Positions 49,937 to 58,661 of a stretch of DNA of 64,000 nucleotides are shown piece by piece. The notes beneath the pieces were generated by a model that did no database searches, was not told the origin of the DNA, and saw nothing but the letters and a program-made list of their open reading frames with translations. The DNA is from an uncultured Bacilli bacterium (GTDB taxonomy: Bacteria; Bacillota_I; Bacilli_A; RF39; UBA660). The first letter of the stretch is position 1. Every line of letters starts with the position of its first letter. Position numbers and translations under genes: made by a program. The stretch is taken from contig CANRBV010000002.1 of assembly GCA_947628965.1 (NCBI GenBank), positions 16,247 to 80,246 of the forward strand, written 5' to 3'.

Positions 49937-50092
49937 CTAGCAATAATTTTTATTATAAATTCTTCGTATAGAAGAACCGACTGTACGACCCAATTCCAGT
50001 ACGGTAGTAATTAATCTAGCGACAGAATTTAATAAATTTGAAGTAATGGCTCCTCCTTTTAATTCATATAATTCAATTTCTTTTAATTTCAT
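49937..50092 (-). CDS. double-glycine-leader peptide (51 aa), candidate two-peptide bacteriocin component
   Basis: Absent from the track because it is under 60 aa. Translation MKLKEIELYELKGG/AITSNLLNSVARLITTVLELGRTVGSSIRRIYNKNYC; RBS AAAGGAA 8 nt upstream. Confidence 0.55.
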   Translation of the reverse strand: MKLKEIELYELKGGAITSNLLNSVARLITTVLELGRTVGSSIRRIYNKNYC

Positions 50093-50103
50093 ATTATTCC
50101 TTT

Positions 50104-50241
50104 CTAATTACATTTTAAAGGGCGTAGAATTCCATCAACTACTCCTGCTACAAAAACACCAACAGCTGTTAAAATACCAAGAAGTGTATAGCTAATTCCC
50201 CCTCCTACAATTTGATTTAATTCTTGCTCTTTTAAATACAT
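50104..50241 (-). CDS. double-glycine-leader peptide (45 aa) with GxxxG-rich hydrophobic core, candidate two-peptide bacteriocin component
   Basis: Absent from the track. Translation MYLKEQELNQIVGG/GISYTLLGILTAVGVFVAGVVDGILRPLKCN; RBS AAAGGTGAG. Confidence 0.6.
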   Translation of the reverse strand: MYLKEQELNQIVGGGISYTLLGILTAVGVFVAGVVDGILRPLKCN

Positions 50242-50248
50242 ATCCTAC

Positions 50249-50674
50249 TCACCTTTCTATTATTGATTTTGCTATTTTTTTAAGCAATCTTTCTTTGTTT
50301 TTATAAATTTGCATTGTAACAAATTCATTTTGATTCCCCTGAAATTTTTTTACTTTTAAAGAAATATTTTGTAAGGCATTATTATTACTATCCAAAACAG
50401 GATCTGAAAATGAAACGGTTTCTATTTCATAAGTTTTATGATTAATTTTAATAAATTCATAAATAAAATCTGTAGTGGGATAAAAAAAGTTAATAGTGCA
50501 TTCTTCTTGGCAAAAAATTTGTCCTTTTACTTCTAAAACATCATAAGCTTCTTTTTTGTAAGCATAAAATAAAAGTATTAGAAAAAGGCAAAAAGGAATT
50601 AACCAAAAAAAGCTATATTTATTTTTATCCTTATTTAAATAACTTGGTAAATTGTATTTTAAATATTCTGACAT
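50249..50674 (-). CDS. single-TM protein, candidate bacteriocin immunity or short accessory protein
   Basis: 141 aa with one TM segment; overlaps the ABC transporter stop by 16 nt. Confidence 0.35.
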   Translation of the reverse strand: MSEYLKYNLPSYLNKDKNKYSFFWLIPFCLFLILLFYAYKKEAYDVLEVKGQIFCQEECTINFFYPTTDFIYEFIKINHKTYEIETVSFSDPVLDSNNNALQNISLKVKKFQGNQNEFVTMQIYKNKERLLKKIAKSIIER

Positions 50675-52725
50675 AAAAGCTTGCTAAAATCATAAACTTC
50701 ATCAAAATATTGTTCCTGTTTTTTATGGCTTACATAAATAATCGTTTTATCTTTAAAATATTCCTTTAATTTTTTTATAATACTTATTTCTAATTCATCA
50801 TTTACTTCACTTAATGCTTCATCTAAAATAAGAATTTGAAAGTTGTTAAGTAAAGCCCTTGCTAAGATAATTCGTTGTCTTTCACCACCAGAAATATTAG
50901 TAGAATCTTTCATAAGAAACGTTTCATAACGTAATGGTTTTTTAGAAACAATACTCTCTATTTCACATATTTGTAAAATATCTAAATATTTACTTTCTAT
51001 TATCTCACGATTTAACAAAATATTGTTTTTAATGGTATCTTGAAATAAATTTTCTTTTTGACTTACATAAGTAATATTTTTGCGAATAGTTTCTAAGCTA
51101 TAGTCGTTAAGACTCACTTCTCCAATCTTAATATTATTATTTTTTACTTCAATTAAACGACTTAAAATTTGACATAAGGTACTTTTTCCACATCCGCTTG
51201 CTCCCTTAAATAAGACACAACTTTTTTCTTTAATTTCCAAAGAAAAATCTTGAAATAATTTAGAAAAATCATTATAAGAAAAATTTAAATGTTCTATTTT
51301 AACATTACCATTTTTAAAATCTTGTAGACCGATTTTGTCTTGCTCTTCTTCAATAGTATAAAAATCATTTAATTTTTGAATATTTACTTTTACATAATTG
51401 TAGCTTGGAATTAAATTAATAATTGATTTAAATGGGGTGAAGAAGAAGGAAATTAAACTTTCAAATGTTATTAAATTAATTAAACTACAACGATTGTTTA
51501 ACATTTCATATAAACCTATTGAAATAAGACAAAAATCAAGTAATTGCTCTAAAAAAGTTGCTAAGCTACTTGTTTGCATGACTTTCTTGTTTAAATCATA
51601 AGATTGATTTAAAAATTGAACTAAATGCATTTCAATTTTTTGAAAAAACAATTGCAAAATATTTAGATTTTTAAGAGAAATAATTGATTCTACATTTTCT
51701 AAGACGGTCGATTGAAACTGCACTTCACTATCATTTACTTGCAAAGCTTTCTTATACATTATTTTGCCAGAAATCATTCCAAAAACAATATAACAAAAAA
51801 CAAAAAAACAAAGAATAAAAAATAGTTTTTTATGAATGTGCCATAGAATGATGCCTACACTAAATGATAAAATAGAATCTAAACCTATCGTGACAATAAT
51901 TTCGGAAAATACTTCTTTCATATTTTCTAATTCTTTTATACGAACCATAATTTCACCAGTTGTTCTATCTTTCATAAAATAATGAGGAAGTAAAAATAAA
52001 TGATGCAAAAAATTGTAATACAATTGTCCATCTAAATTTTTATTTAAATAAGTTTTAAAATGATTGCGAAAAAACATAAACAAATACTTTAGAACATGTA
52101 AAGCTAAAAAAATAAGCATTACACACAAAAGAACTTTTTTATCTTCGCTATCTTGAACAAAATTTAAGCCAACTTTAAAATAAAAGCCAGTTAAGATTGT
52201 TATAAAAGTCAAAAACCCTGTTAAGAAAAAAAGTTTTAATAAGTTTTTCTTTTCATTTTTAAAGAACTCTATGATCATTTCCAACAAATGATTTTGATTC
52301 ACTACTTTTGGAAGAGGATTTTTAGGATACAAGCACAAGATATTACCAGTCCAAATAGCTTCAAAATCATTTTTAGTCATTTTTATATTCCCTTTAGCTG
52401 GATCCATTATTTCTATGTCTAAAGAATTTATTTTATAGATTACTAGGAAATGTGTGTAATGATTGATTTCGACATGTGCAATAATGGGTAATAAAGTTCC
52501 TTCTAGATCTTTTAAACTTTCTAATTTCATTCCATAGGCATCAAATCCATAATTTCTAGCTGTTTTAATAAGATGATAAGCCGTTGTCCCCTCTATAGAC
52601 GTTTGCGTATCTATCCGTAATATTTCAAGTGGTACATATCCGCCATAATATTTTATAATAGAAAGTAAAGAACAGATTCCACAATCTTTTAAATCCTGTT
52701 GTCTAACTACAATATTTTTTTTCAT
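50659..52725 (-). CDS. peptidase-C39-domain bacteriocin/peptide ABC exporter (ComA/LagD type)
   Basis: N-terminal C39 Cys motif QQDLKDCGICSL, 6 TM segments, Walker A GASGCGKST, signature ISGGERQRI. Start ATG 52723-52725 with AGGAGGTG RBS; the track's GTG start reads through the RBS. Confidence 0.85.
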   Translation of the reverse strand: MKKNIVVRQQDLKDCGICSLLSIIKYYGGYVPLEILRIDTQTSIEGTTAYHLIKTARNYGFDAYGMKLESLKDLEGTLLPIIAHVEINHYTHFLVIYKINSLDIEIMDPAKGNIKMTKNDFEAIWTGNILCLYPKNPLPKVVNQNHLLEMIIEFFKNEKKNLLKLFFLTGFLTFITILTGFYFKVGLNFVQDSEDKKVLLCVMLIFLALHVLKYLFMFFRNHFKTYLNKNLDGQLYYNFLHHLFLLPHYFMKDRTTGEIMVRIKELENMKEVFSEIIVTIGLDSILSFSVGIILWHIHKKLFFILCFFVFCYIVFGMISGKIMYKKALQVNDSEVQFQSTVLENVESIISLKNLNILQLFFQKIEMHLVQFLNQSYDLNKKVMQTSSLATFLEQLLDFCLISIGLYEMLNNRCSLINLITFESLISFFFTPFKSIINLIPSYNYVKVNIQKLNDFYTIEEEQDKIGLQDFKNGNVKIEHLNFSYNDFSKLFQDFSLEIKEKSCVLFKGASGCGKSTLCQILSRLIEVKNNNIKIGEVSLNDYSLETIRKNITYVSQKENLFQDTIKNNILLNREIIESKYLDILQICEIESIVSKKPLRYETFLMKDSTNISGGERQRIILARALLNNFQILILDEALSEVNDELEISIIKKLKEYFKDKTIIYVSHKKQEQYFDEVYDFSKLLCQNI

Positions 52726-52730
52726 TTTTT

Positions 52731-52780
52731 TCACCTCCTACTTATATATATACACTCTAAATTTGCAATTTCCTTTTTTT
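52731..52780 (-). promoter_or_regulatory. conserved 50-bp promoter/operator-like element, copy A (contains dyad AAATT-TGC-AATTT, TATATATA and RBS)
   Basis: 46/50 identical (ungapped) to 61364-61413, which lies upstream of comEA. Confidence 0.4.
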
Positions 52781-52815
52781 GGAGGCAAAAAGTTTATCAT
52801 TTCTATTAAGTTTTT

Positions 52816-53016
52816 TTATTTTTCATAAAAAATCGTATCGGGAGTACAACCCAGTATATTAGCAATATCTATGGCAATTTCATAATAAAGTTTTCTTTCT
52901 TTATGTTCCAATTGCCAATAAAAAGATTTGCTAATTTTTAACATAGTGGCCATATCTTGATAACTTAAGTTTTTTTGCATTCTTAATTTTTTTAATTTTT
53001 TATAACACTTTTTCAT
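52816..53016 (-). CDS. small XRE-family HTH regulator (about 66 aa)
   Basis: HTH LSYQDMATMLKISKSFYWQLE; ATG 53014-53016 has GAGGGA RBS. Confidence 0.55.
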   Translation of the reverse strand: MKKCYKKLKKLRMQKNLSYQDMATMLKISKSFYWQLEHKERKLYYEIAIDIANILGCTPDTIFYEK

Positions 53017-53118
53017 TTTATCCCTCATTTTTTAAATTATAGCACATTTTTATTACAATAACCCACCAATTTACGAATTTAAACTATTTTTTAGAGAAAA
53101 TTAGTATTAGGTGATTGT

Positions 53119-53565
53119 ATGTTAGATAAATTAAAGGAATTAAGAGAATACGAAGGTCTAACACAAAGAGAAGTTGCAGAAAAATTACATGTTAAAAGAA
53201 GTACATATGCTGGATGGGAAAATGGTAAAGATATTATTCCTTTAGAAAGATTAAATGCGCTTGCCAATCTTTATCACACTAGCTTGGATTATTTAATCGG
53301 CAATTCGCCAACCAAAGAGCAAGTTTTAGAGATTCAAAAGATTAATCAACAAGAATTTTCCCAAAATTTAAAAAAATTTCGAAAAGAAAAACATCTTACT
53401 CAAGAAAAATTAGCTGAAAAATTAAAAACAAGCCAATCTAATATTCATAAATATGAGAATAATAAGAGTTTAATTACAACCACATATGCCTTAGAATTCA
53501 CAAAACAGTACCATTATTCTTTAGATAAACTATTAGGAAGAAAAAAAACAACTAGCACAAAATAG
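53119..53565 (+). CDS. tandem-HTH XRE-family regulator
   Basis: Two HTH_3-like modules: LTQREVAEKLHVKRSTYAGWE and LTQEKLAEKLKTSQSNIHKYE. Confidence 0.65.
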   Translation: MLDKLKELREYEGLTQREVAEKLHVKRSTYAGWENGKDIIPLERLNALANLYHTSLDYLIGNSPTKEQVLEIQKINQQEFSQNLKKFRKEKHLTQEKLAEKLKTSQSNIHKYENNKSLITTTYALEFTKQYHYSLDKLLGRKKTTSTK

Positions 53566-53573
53566 TTGTTTTT

Positions 53574-53816
53574 TTAAAACATTTTATCAATATTTTTTGG
53601 AACTTTGTCATTAACAATTGTATTAATAATTTTATCTTCTTGTTCTTTCGTAACATTTTTACCTGTCATTAGACTTAATGTTGATATAACTTCTCTTAAC
53701 GTATTTTCATCTTTCATATTTCCTTGTTGAAGTTTTTTAGCTAAATTAACAATTGTATTTTTATCAACTTTAGTCTTTTTTTCGACTTTTTTAAAAAAGT
53801 CGTCTTTTAATTCCAC
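53574..53816 (-). CDS. small helical hypothetical protein (80 aa)
   Basis: ORF between XRE modules; no family recognised. Confidence 0.35.
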   Translation of the reverse strand: MELKDDFFKKVEKKTKVDKNTIVNLAKKLQQGNMKDENTLREVISTLSLMTGKNVTKEQEDKIINTIVNDKVPKNIDKMF

Positions 53817-53862
53817 TTTATCACCTACTAAGTATTATATGACAAAATTCTAATGGGTTTCT

Positions 53863-54075
53863 CTAATTTTTAAACTCTTCATAAAAAATATCATCAGGTT
53901 TTAAATGAAAAATAGAAGCAATTTCTTTAGCCATATCATAAGAAAGACGCCTATTTTTATGTTCAATTTGCCAATAATAAGCTTTGCTAATATTTAAAGA
54001 TTTTGCCATATCTTCACAACTTAAATTTCTTTTTTCACGTAAATTTTTTAATTTCTTTATATAGGTTGACTTCAT
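53863..54075 (-). CDS. small XRE-family HTH regulator (paralog of the 52816-53016 product)
   Basis: LSCEDMAKSLNISKAYYWQIEHKNRRL. Confidence 0.55.
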   Translation of the reverse strand: MKSTYIKKLKNLREKRNLSCEDMAKSLNISKAYYWQIEHKNRRLSYDMAKEIASIFHLKPDDIFYEEFKN

Positions 54076-54195
54076 AACTCCTCCGAATGATATTAATCAT
54101 ACCCTATATTTTAATAATTGTCAATTTTTGTGCAGTTCTAGTGTAGTAGACTTGTAAAATATAAAAATCTATTATTTATATTAAGGATGTGAAGT

Positions 54196-54453
54196 ATGAA
54201 AATAGAAACAATTATCGGAAATAATTTAAAATATTTTCGATATCAATCTAAATTATCTCAAGAAAAGTTTTATGGACAATTTGGAATGAATTATCGCTAT
54301 TTAGCAAGCATCGAACGTGGAAAAATTAACATGTCTGTAGAATTTTTAGACAACTTAGCTAAAGTATTAAAAGTGGATATTCGTGATTTTTTCAATCCCG
54401 ATAAAACCAGATGGGTATTTAAAAAACGTATTGATGGAAAAGAGAATAAATAA
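54196..54453 (+). CDS. XRE-family HTH regulator
   Basis: LSQEKFYGQFGMNYRYLASIERGK. Confidence 0.55.
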   Translation: MKIETIIGNNLKYFRYQSKLSQEKFYGQFGMNYRYLASIERGKINMSVEFLDNLAKVLKVDIRDFFNPDKTRWVFKKRIDGKENK

Positions 54454-54507
54454 ATTTTTTATTCCCTTTTTCTTTATTTTCAATATAATTATTATAAGGA
54501 GGTATCA

Positions 54508-55731
54508 ATGAAAAAAATTTTAAAAAATTATAGGGAAACTTTACTATTATTAGTTTCTATTTTACTTGGAACGCTACTTGGTATTCTTTTTGGTGAAAAA
54601 ATATTAGTTTTAAAACCTTTTGGAGATATTTTCATCAATTTATTATTTGTCATTATTGTCCCACTGGTTTTCTTTACGATTACAGATGCTATTATCCAAA
54701 TGAAAAGTCCTAAAAGATTAGGAAAAATTATAGTTCGCATTACCATTACATTTTTAATTATGGCTTTTATAGCGGCGTTTATTGGAATTATTGTAACACA
54801 TTTTATTCCTTTAGTTGAGATTCAAAACAATGCAAATATTTTAGAACTAATGGATGACAGCGTAAATGTTTCTTCTGACTTATCCCTATTAAAAAGAACG
54901 GCAAATTTACTAACAGTTAGCGATTTTTCTTTGCTATTTAGTAAAGAAAATATCATAGCACTTCTTGTATTTTCTATTCTCTTTGGTCTAGCTATTCGAA
55001 AAAGTAAAGAAAAGGAAAATGTAATTAAAATAATTCATAGTTTAAATGAAGTCGTTTTAAATATGGTGAATCTTATAATGTATTATGCTCCTATTGGATT
55101 GGGATGCTACTTTGCAACACTAATCGGTACATATGGTAAAACGATTGCACTAGGCTTTTTGAAAACATTTTTAATCTACACTGGAACTGCCCTTTTTATA
55201 TACTTTGTAGTTTATTCTCTTTATGCTTTTTTAAGCGGAGGCAAAAAAGGATTTATTACTTACTGGAAACATATTCTGCCCACTACTTTAACATCACTTG
55301 CTACTTGTTCTTCAGCAGCGTGTATCCCTATTAATATTCAATCTACCAAAAAGATGGGTATTGCAAGTGATATAGTTGAAACTACAATACCTATGGGAAC
55401 AAGTTTCCATAAAGATGGTTCCGTTGTTGGAAGCGTATTTAAAGTCATGTTTTTAGTTTACCTATTTTCATCAAAGGCAAGTATAGGTACAATTCTAATT
55501 GTTTCATTACTTGCAACACTACTTGTTTCAGCGATTCCAATTGGTGGTGGCACCATATCAGAAATGTTTATCTTAACCTTTATGGGATTTCCAGTATCTT
55601 CGCTACCTATTCTTACTATTATTGCAACCATTATTGATGCACCTGCAACTGTACTAAATGTCGTTGGAGATAGTGCATCTTCTATGATTGTTGGACGAAT
55701 GGTCGATGGAAAAAATTTTTTAAAAAAATAA
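54508..55731 (+). CDS. dicarboxylate/amino acid:cation symporter (DAACS/GltP family)
   Basis: LKPFGDIFINLLFVIIVPLVF N-terminal motif and NVVGDSASSMIVG C-terminal motif. Confidence 0.8.
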   Translation: MKKILKNYRETLLLLVSILLGTLLGILFGEKILVLKPFGDIFINLLFVIIVPLVFFTITDAIIQMKSPKRLGKIIVRITITFLIMAFIAAFIGIIVTHFIPLVEIQNNANILELMDDSVNVSSDLSLLKRTANLLTVSDFSLLFSKENIIALLVFSILFGLAIRKSKEKENVIKIIHSLNEVVLNMVNLIMYYAPIGLGCYFATLIGTYGKTIALGFLKTFLIYTGTALFIYFVVYSLYAFLSGGKKGFITYWKHILPTTLTSLATCSSAACIPINIQSTKKMGIASDIVETTIPMGTSFHKDGSVVGSVFKVMFLVYLFSSKASIGTILIVSLLATLLVSAIPIGGGTISEMFILTFMGFPVSSLPILTIIATIIDAPATVLNVVGDSASSMIVGRMVDGKNFLKK

Positions 55732-55733
55732 AA

Positions 55734-55756
55734 AAAGAGTTCAATCCTCTTTTTTA
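55734..55756. terminator. bidirectional terminator between the symporter gene and der
   Basis: AAAGAG-ttcaatc-CTCTTT flanked by A- and T-runs. Confidence 0.5.
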
Positions 55757-57051
55757 TTTTTAAATTGTATCAGAATAGGTGTACCCATCAAATCAAAGTT
55801 TTCTCTTATTTTATTTTCTAAATATCGCTCATAACTAAAATGAACTAAACTTTTATTGTTAACTCTTAAAGTGATTTTTGGTGGCTTTGTATCTGTTTGA
55901 TTTGCAAAATAAATTTTTAATCTTTTCCCTTTATAAGATGGAGGTTCATGCATTACAACAGCATCAAAAATAACATTATTTAAATCACTGGTCTTTATTT
56001 CTTTACGATTATTTTCATATGCTCCAAAAATAGCGGGCATTAAAGTATGTATTCTTTTTTTGGTTTTAGCAGATAAAAATACCACAAAAGCATACGATGC
56101 AAACATAAAATGTGACTCAATATTTTTCTTCCATAATTTTAATTCTTCATCAGGATTTTCGATTGTATCCCATTTATTGACCGCTATGACAATTCCTTTT
56201 CCAGCATCAATGGCATAAGATAAAATATGCTTATCTTGTTCAATAATTCCTTCTTTTGCATCGATTACTAGGACGCACACATCACTTCGATCAATAGCTT
56301 TTAAACTACGAACGATACTATATTTTTCTACTTCTTCATAAATACGACCTTTTTTTCGTATTCCTGCTGTATCAATGGCAACAACTTCTTCTCCTTGATA
56401 TAAAAAAGGAGTATCCGTAGCATCCCGAGTTGTTCCTGCTATGTCACTTACAAGCACTCTTTCTTCATTCAATAAGGCATTTATTAAACTACTTTTACCA
56501 ACATTTGGTCTGCCAATAAAACAAAATTTAACTCGATTATCTTCAATTTCCTCATTTTCTTTAAAATCACGACATATTTCTTCTAGTAAAGTATCTATTC
56601 CTAAGTTATGAGTTGCACTTATTGGAAAAACAAGAGGAAAACCCAATTCATAATAATTATAAACATTATTGCTTCTTTTTTCATTATCCAGTTTATTCAC
56701 TGCAACAATAACTTTTTTATTTGTTTTTACTAAAATATCTCTTATTTTTAAATCACTACTGCTAATTTCTTCTTTACCATCTACGACAAAAACTATTATG
56801 TCTGCTTCTTCAATAGCCAAGGTTGCTTGCATTAAAATATCTTTATTCCAATTATCGTTTCCTTCTTCTATTCCTCCTGTATCAATTAGTAAAAACGTCT
56901 TATTTTGATAATGGACATCTCCATAAATACGATCTCTAGTTACCCCAGGTGTATCCAAAACAATCGATTTATTTTCTTTAATCAATCGATTAAAAATAGT
57001 GGATTTTCCAACATTGGGTTTTCCTATTAAACAAACCGTTTGTTTCATCAA
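55741..57051 (-). CDS. der: ribosome-associated GTPase Der/EngA
   Basis: Two tandem G domains (GKPNVGKST and GRPNVGKSS) plus a KH-like C-terminus. Confidence 0.9.
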   Translation of the reverse strand: MMKQTVCLIGKPNVGKSTIFNRLIKENKSIVLDTPGVTRDRIYGDVHYQNKTFLLIDTGGIEEGNDNWNKDILMQATLAIEEADIIVFVVDGKEEISSSDLKIRDILVKTNKKVIVAVNKLDNEKRSNNVYNYYELGFPLVFPISATHNLGIDTLLEEICRDFKENEEIEDNRVKFCFIGRPNVGKSSLINALLNEERVLVSDIAGTTRDATDTPFLYQGEEVVAIDTAGIRKKGRIYEEVEKYSIVRSLKAIDRSDVCVLVIDAKEGIIEQDKHILSYAIDAGKGIVIAVNKWDTIENPDEELKLWKKNIESHFMFASYAFVVFLSAKTKKRIHTLMPAIFGAYENNRKEIKTSDLNNVIFDAVVMHEPPSYKGKRLKIYFANQTDTKPPKITLRVNNKSLVHFSYERYLENKIRENFDLMGTPILIQFKNKKED

Positions 57052-57097
57052 AAAGCACCCCTTTCTTAAAGATTAGATTAGGTTATTTTATCATACT

Positions 57098-57508
57098 TTA
57101 AGTTCGATCACAAGTTGAATTTATTTTTTCATCATTAAAATGAACATAAAAACGATTATATTTGATATATACAATTAATTCCATATCATCCATTCCTGAA
57201 TTATCACGAGGGTCTAAAATGTAAGGAGCAATATTATTATCCTTTTTCAAATCTCCACTATTAATTAAATCCATAACTGTAATTTTTTTGCTGGAATTAC
57301 CATCATAATTTTCAGTAAAACTTTCTTTACGATCTTCTCCATATAATCTAGCTGCTGTTTCAATTGAATCTATTTTTTTACAATACATATTCGTTTTTAA
57401 TTTATTTGAAATCGAAATGGTACTTGGCACTGCAACGGCAATTAATATTGCTAAAATCACAATAACAGCAAGTAATTCTACCAATGTAAATCCTTTGTTA
57501 TTTTTCAT
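57098..57508 (-). CDS. type IV pilin-like / ComGC-like pseudopilin
   Basis: Start ATG 57506-57508 (GGGTGAG RBS) gives MKNNKGFTLVELLAVIVILAILIAV, a prepilin class III leader with Phe+1 and Glu+5. Confidence 0.7.
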   Translation of the reverse strand: MKNNKGFTLVELLAVIVILAILIAVAVPSTISISNKLKTNMYCKKIDSIETAARLYGEDRKESFTENYDGNSSKKITVMDLINSGDLKKDNNIAPYILDPRDNSGMDDMELIVYIKYNRFYVHFNDEKINSTCDRT

Positions 57509-57582
57509 ATATCTCACCCAATTTTAGTATACCACGATTCCATAAAATCTTAGTATAAGTTTTTTAATAAGTGTCAAATACT

Positions 57583-58518
57583 CTATTCCCAAATTTTTAA
57601 TAAAAGTGTTTTCAATTCTAAAAAACGATCTTTTTGTCCGCTTTTAATGTGATAATCAATATTGCTGAGTTCTTTTAAAATGTTTTTTAAATCTTCTTCA
57701 TAATAATAGTTTGCGTTCGTGATTGCTTTATTGATTTGCCAATCTTGCAAACCCAGTTTTTTCCCTATATCTGCTTTTCGATACCCATTTCTTAATAAAA
57801 ACTCTACGCTGTACATAAGACGATATTCCCTTGCTAGTAACATAAGTAAACTAATTGGTTCTACTTTTAAAATATACAAATCCTCTAATATTTTTAATGC
57901 CAATTGACTATCTTTTTTTACTACGGCATCCAAAAACTTAAAATTATTATCCATGAGGGTTTTAGAAATTATTTCATAAACGTCGGCTTTTTCTATTTTT
58001 TTAGGGGTTTCATAATACAAAAAAATTTTTTGTAATTCATTAAATATTAAATCAAAATTATTTTGACAGGTAGTCAAAATATACTCAATTGTTTCTGTCT
58101 CTATTTTGAATTTATTTTGAAAAACCATATCTCTAACTTTATTTATTAAATCAAACTTATTAACAAGATCCGTAGCTTTTACTGGGTATTTTTGAGAAAA
58201 TTCTTTATACACTTTTTTTCGAGCATCAACTTTTGAAGAACATGTAAAAATAATTGTAGTTAAAGGTATAGGATTTTTTATGTACTTTAAAAATAGTTCT
58301 ATATCTTCTTCTTTTGATTTATTGCTTGTAAAAAAATTAGCATTGCGAACAATAATATATTTTTGTTCTTGAAACATCGAAACATAAGTTGCTTCTTCTA
58401 TTACATCTTGTAATGTTGAAACACTTAAATCCATCGTTAAAACATTGTTATTCCCTTTAATAATTTTTTCTATTTCTTCTTCGATTAAACGAAAACTTTC
58501 ACCATAAAACAAATACAT
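57583..58518 (-). CDS. holA: DNA polymerase III delta subunit
   Basis: 311 aa; N-terminus YLFYGE; position after comEC is typical of Firmicutes. Confidence 0.75.
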   Translation of the reverse strand: MYLFYGESFRLIEEEIEKIIKGNNNVLTMDLSVSTLQDVIEEATYVSMFQEQKYIIVRNANFFTSNKSKEEDIELFLKYIKNPIPLTTIIFTCSSKVDARKKVYKEFSQKYPVKATDLVNKFDLINKVRDMVFQNKFKIETETIEYILTTCQNNFDLIFNELQKIFLYYETPKKIEKADVYEIISKTLMDNNFKFLDAVVKKDSQLALKILEDLYILKVEPISLLMLLAREYRLMYSVEFLLRNGYRKADIGKKLGLQDWQINKAITNANYYYEEDLKNILKELSNIDYHIKSGQKDRFLELKTLLLKIWE

Positions 58519-58661
58519 TAAAAATCCTCCTTATAAAACTATCATACCATATTATTTAAAGGATATAAAAAGAAAAAAGAAGAAAATTTTCCTCTTTATC
58601 TATATAAACACTATCATAGTGTACTTTATTTTATGCTAAATTTTATCATAAGTGAAATTTT

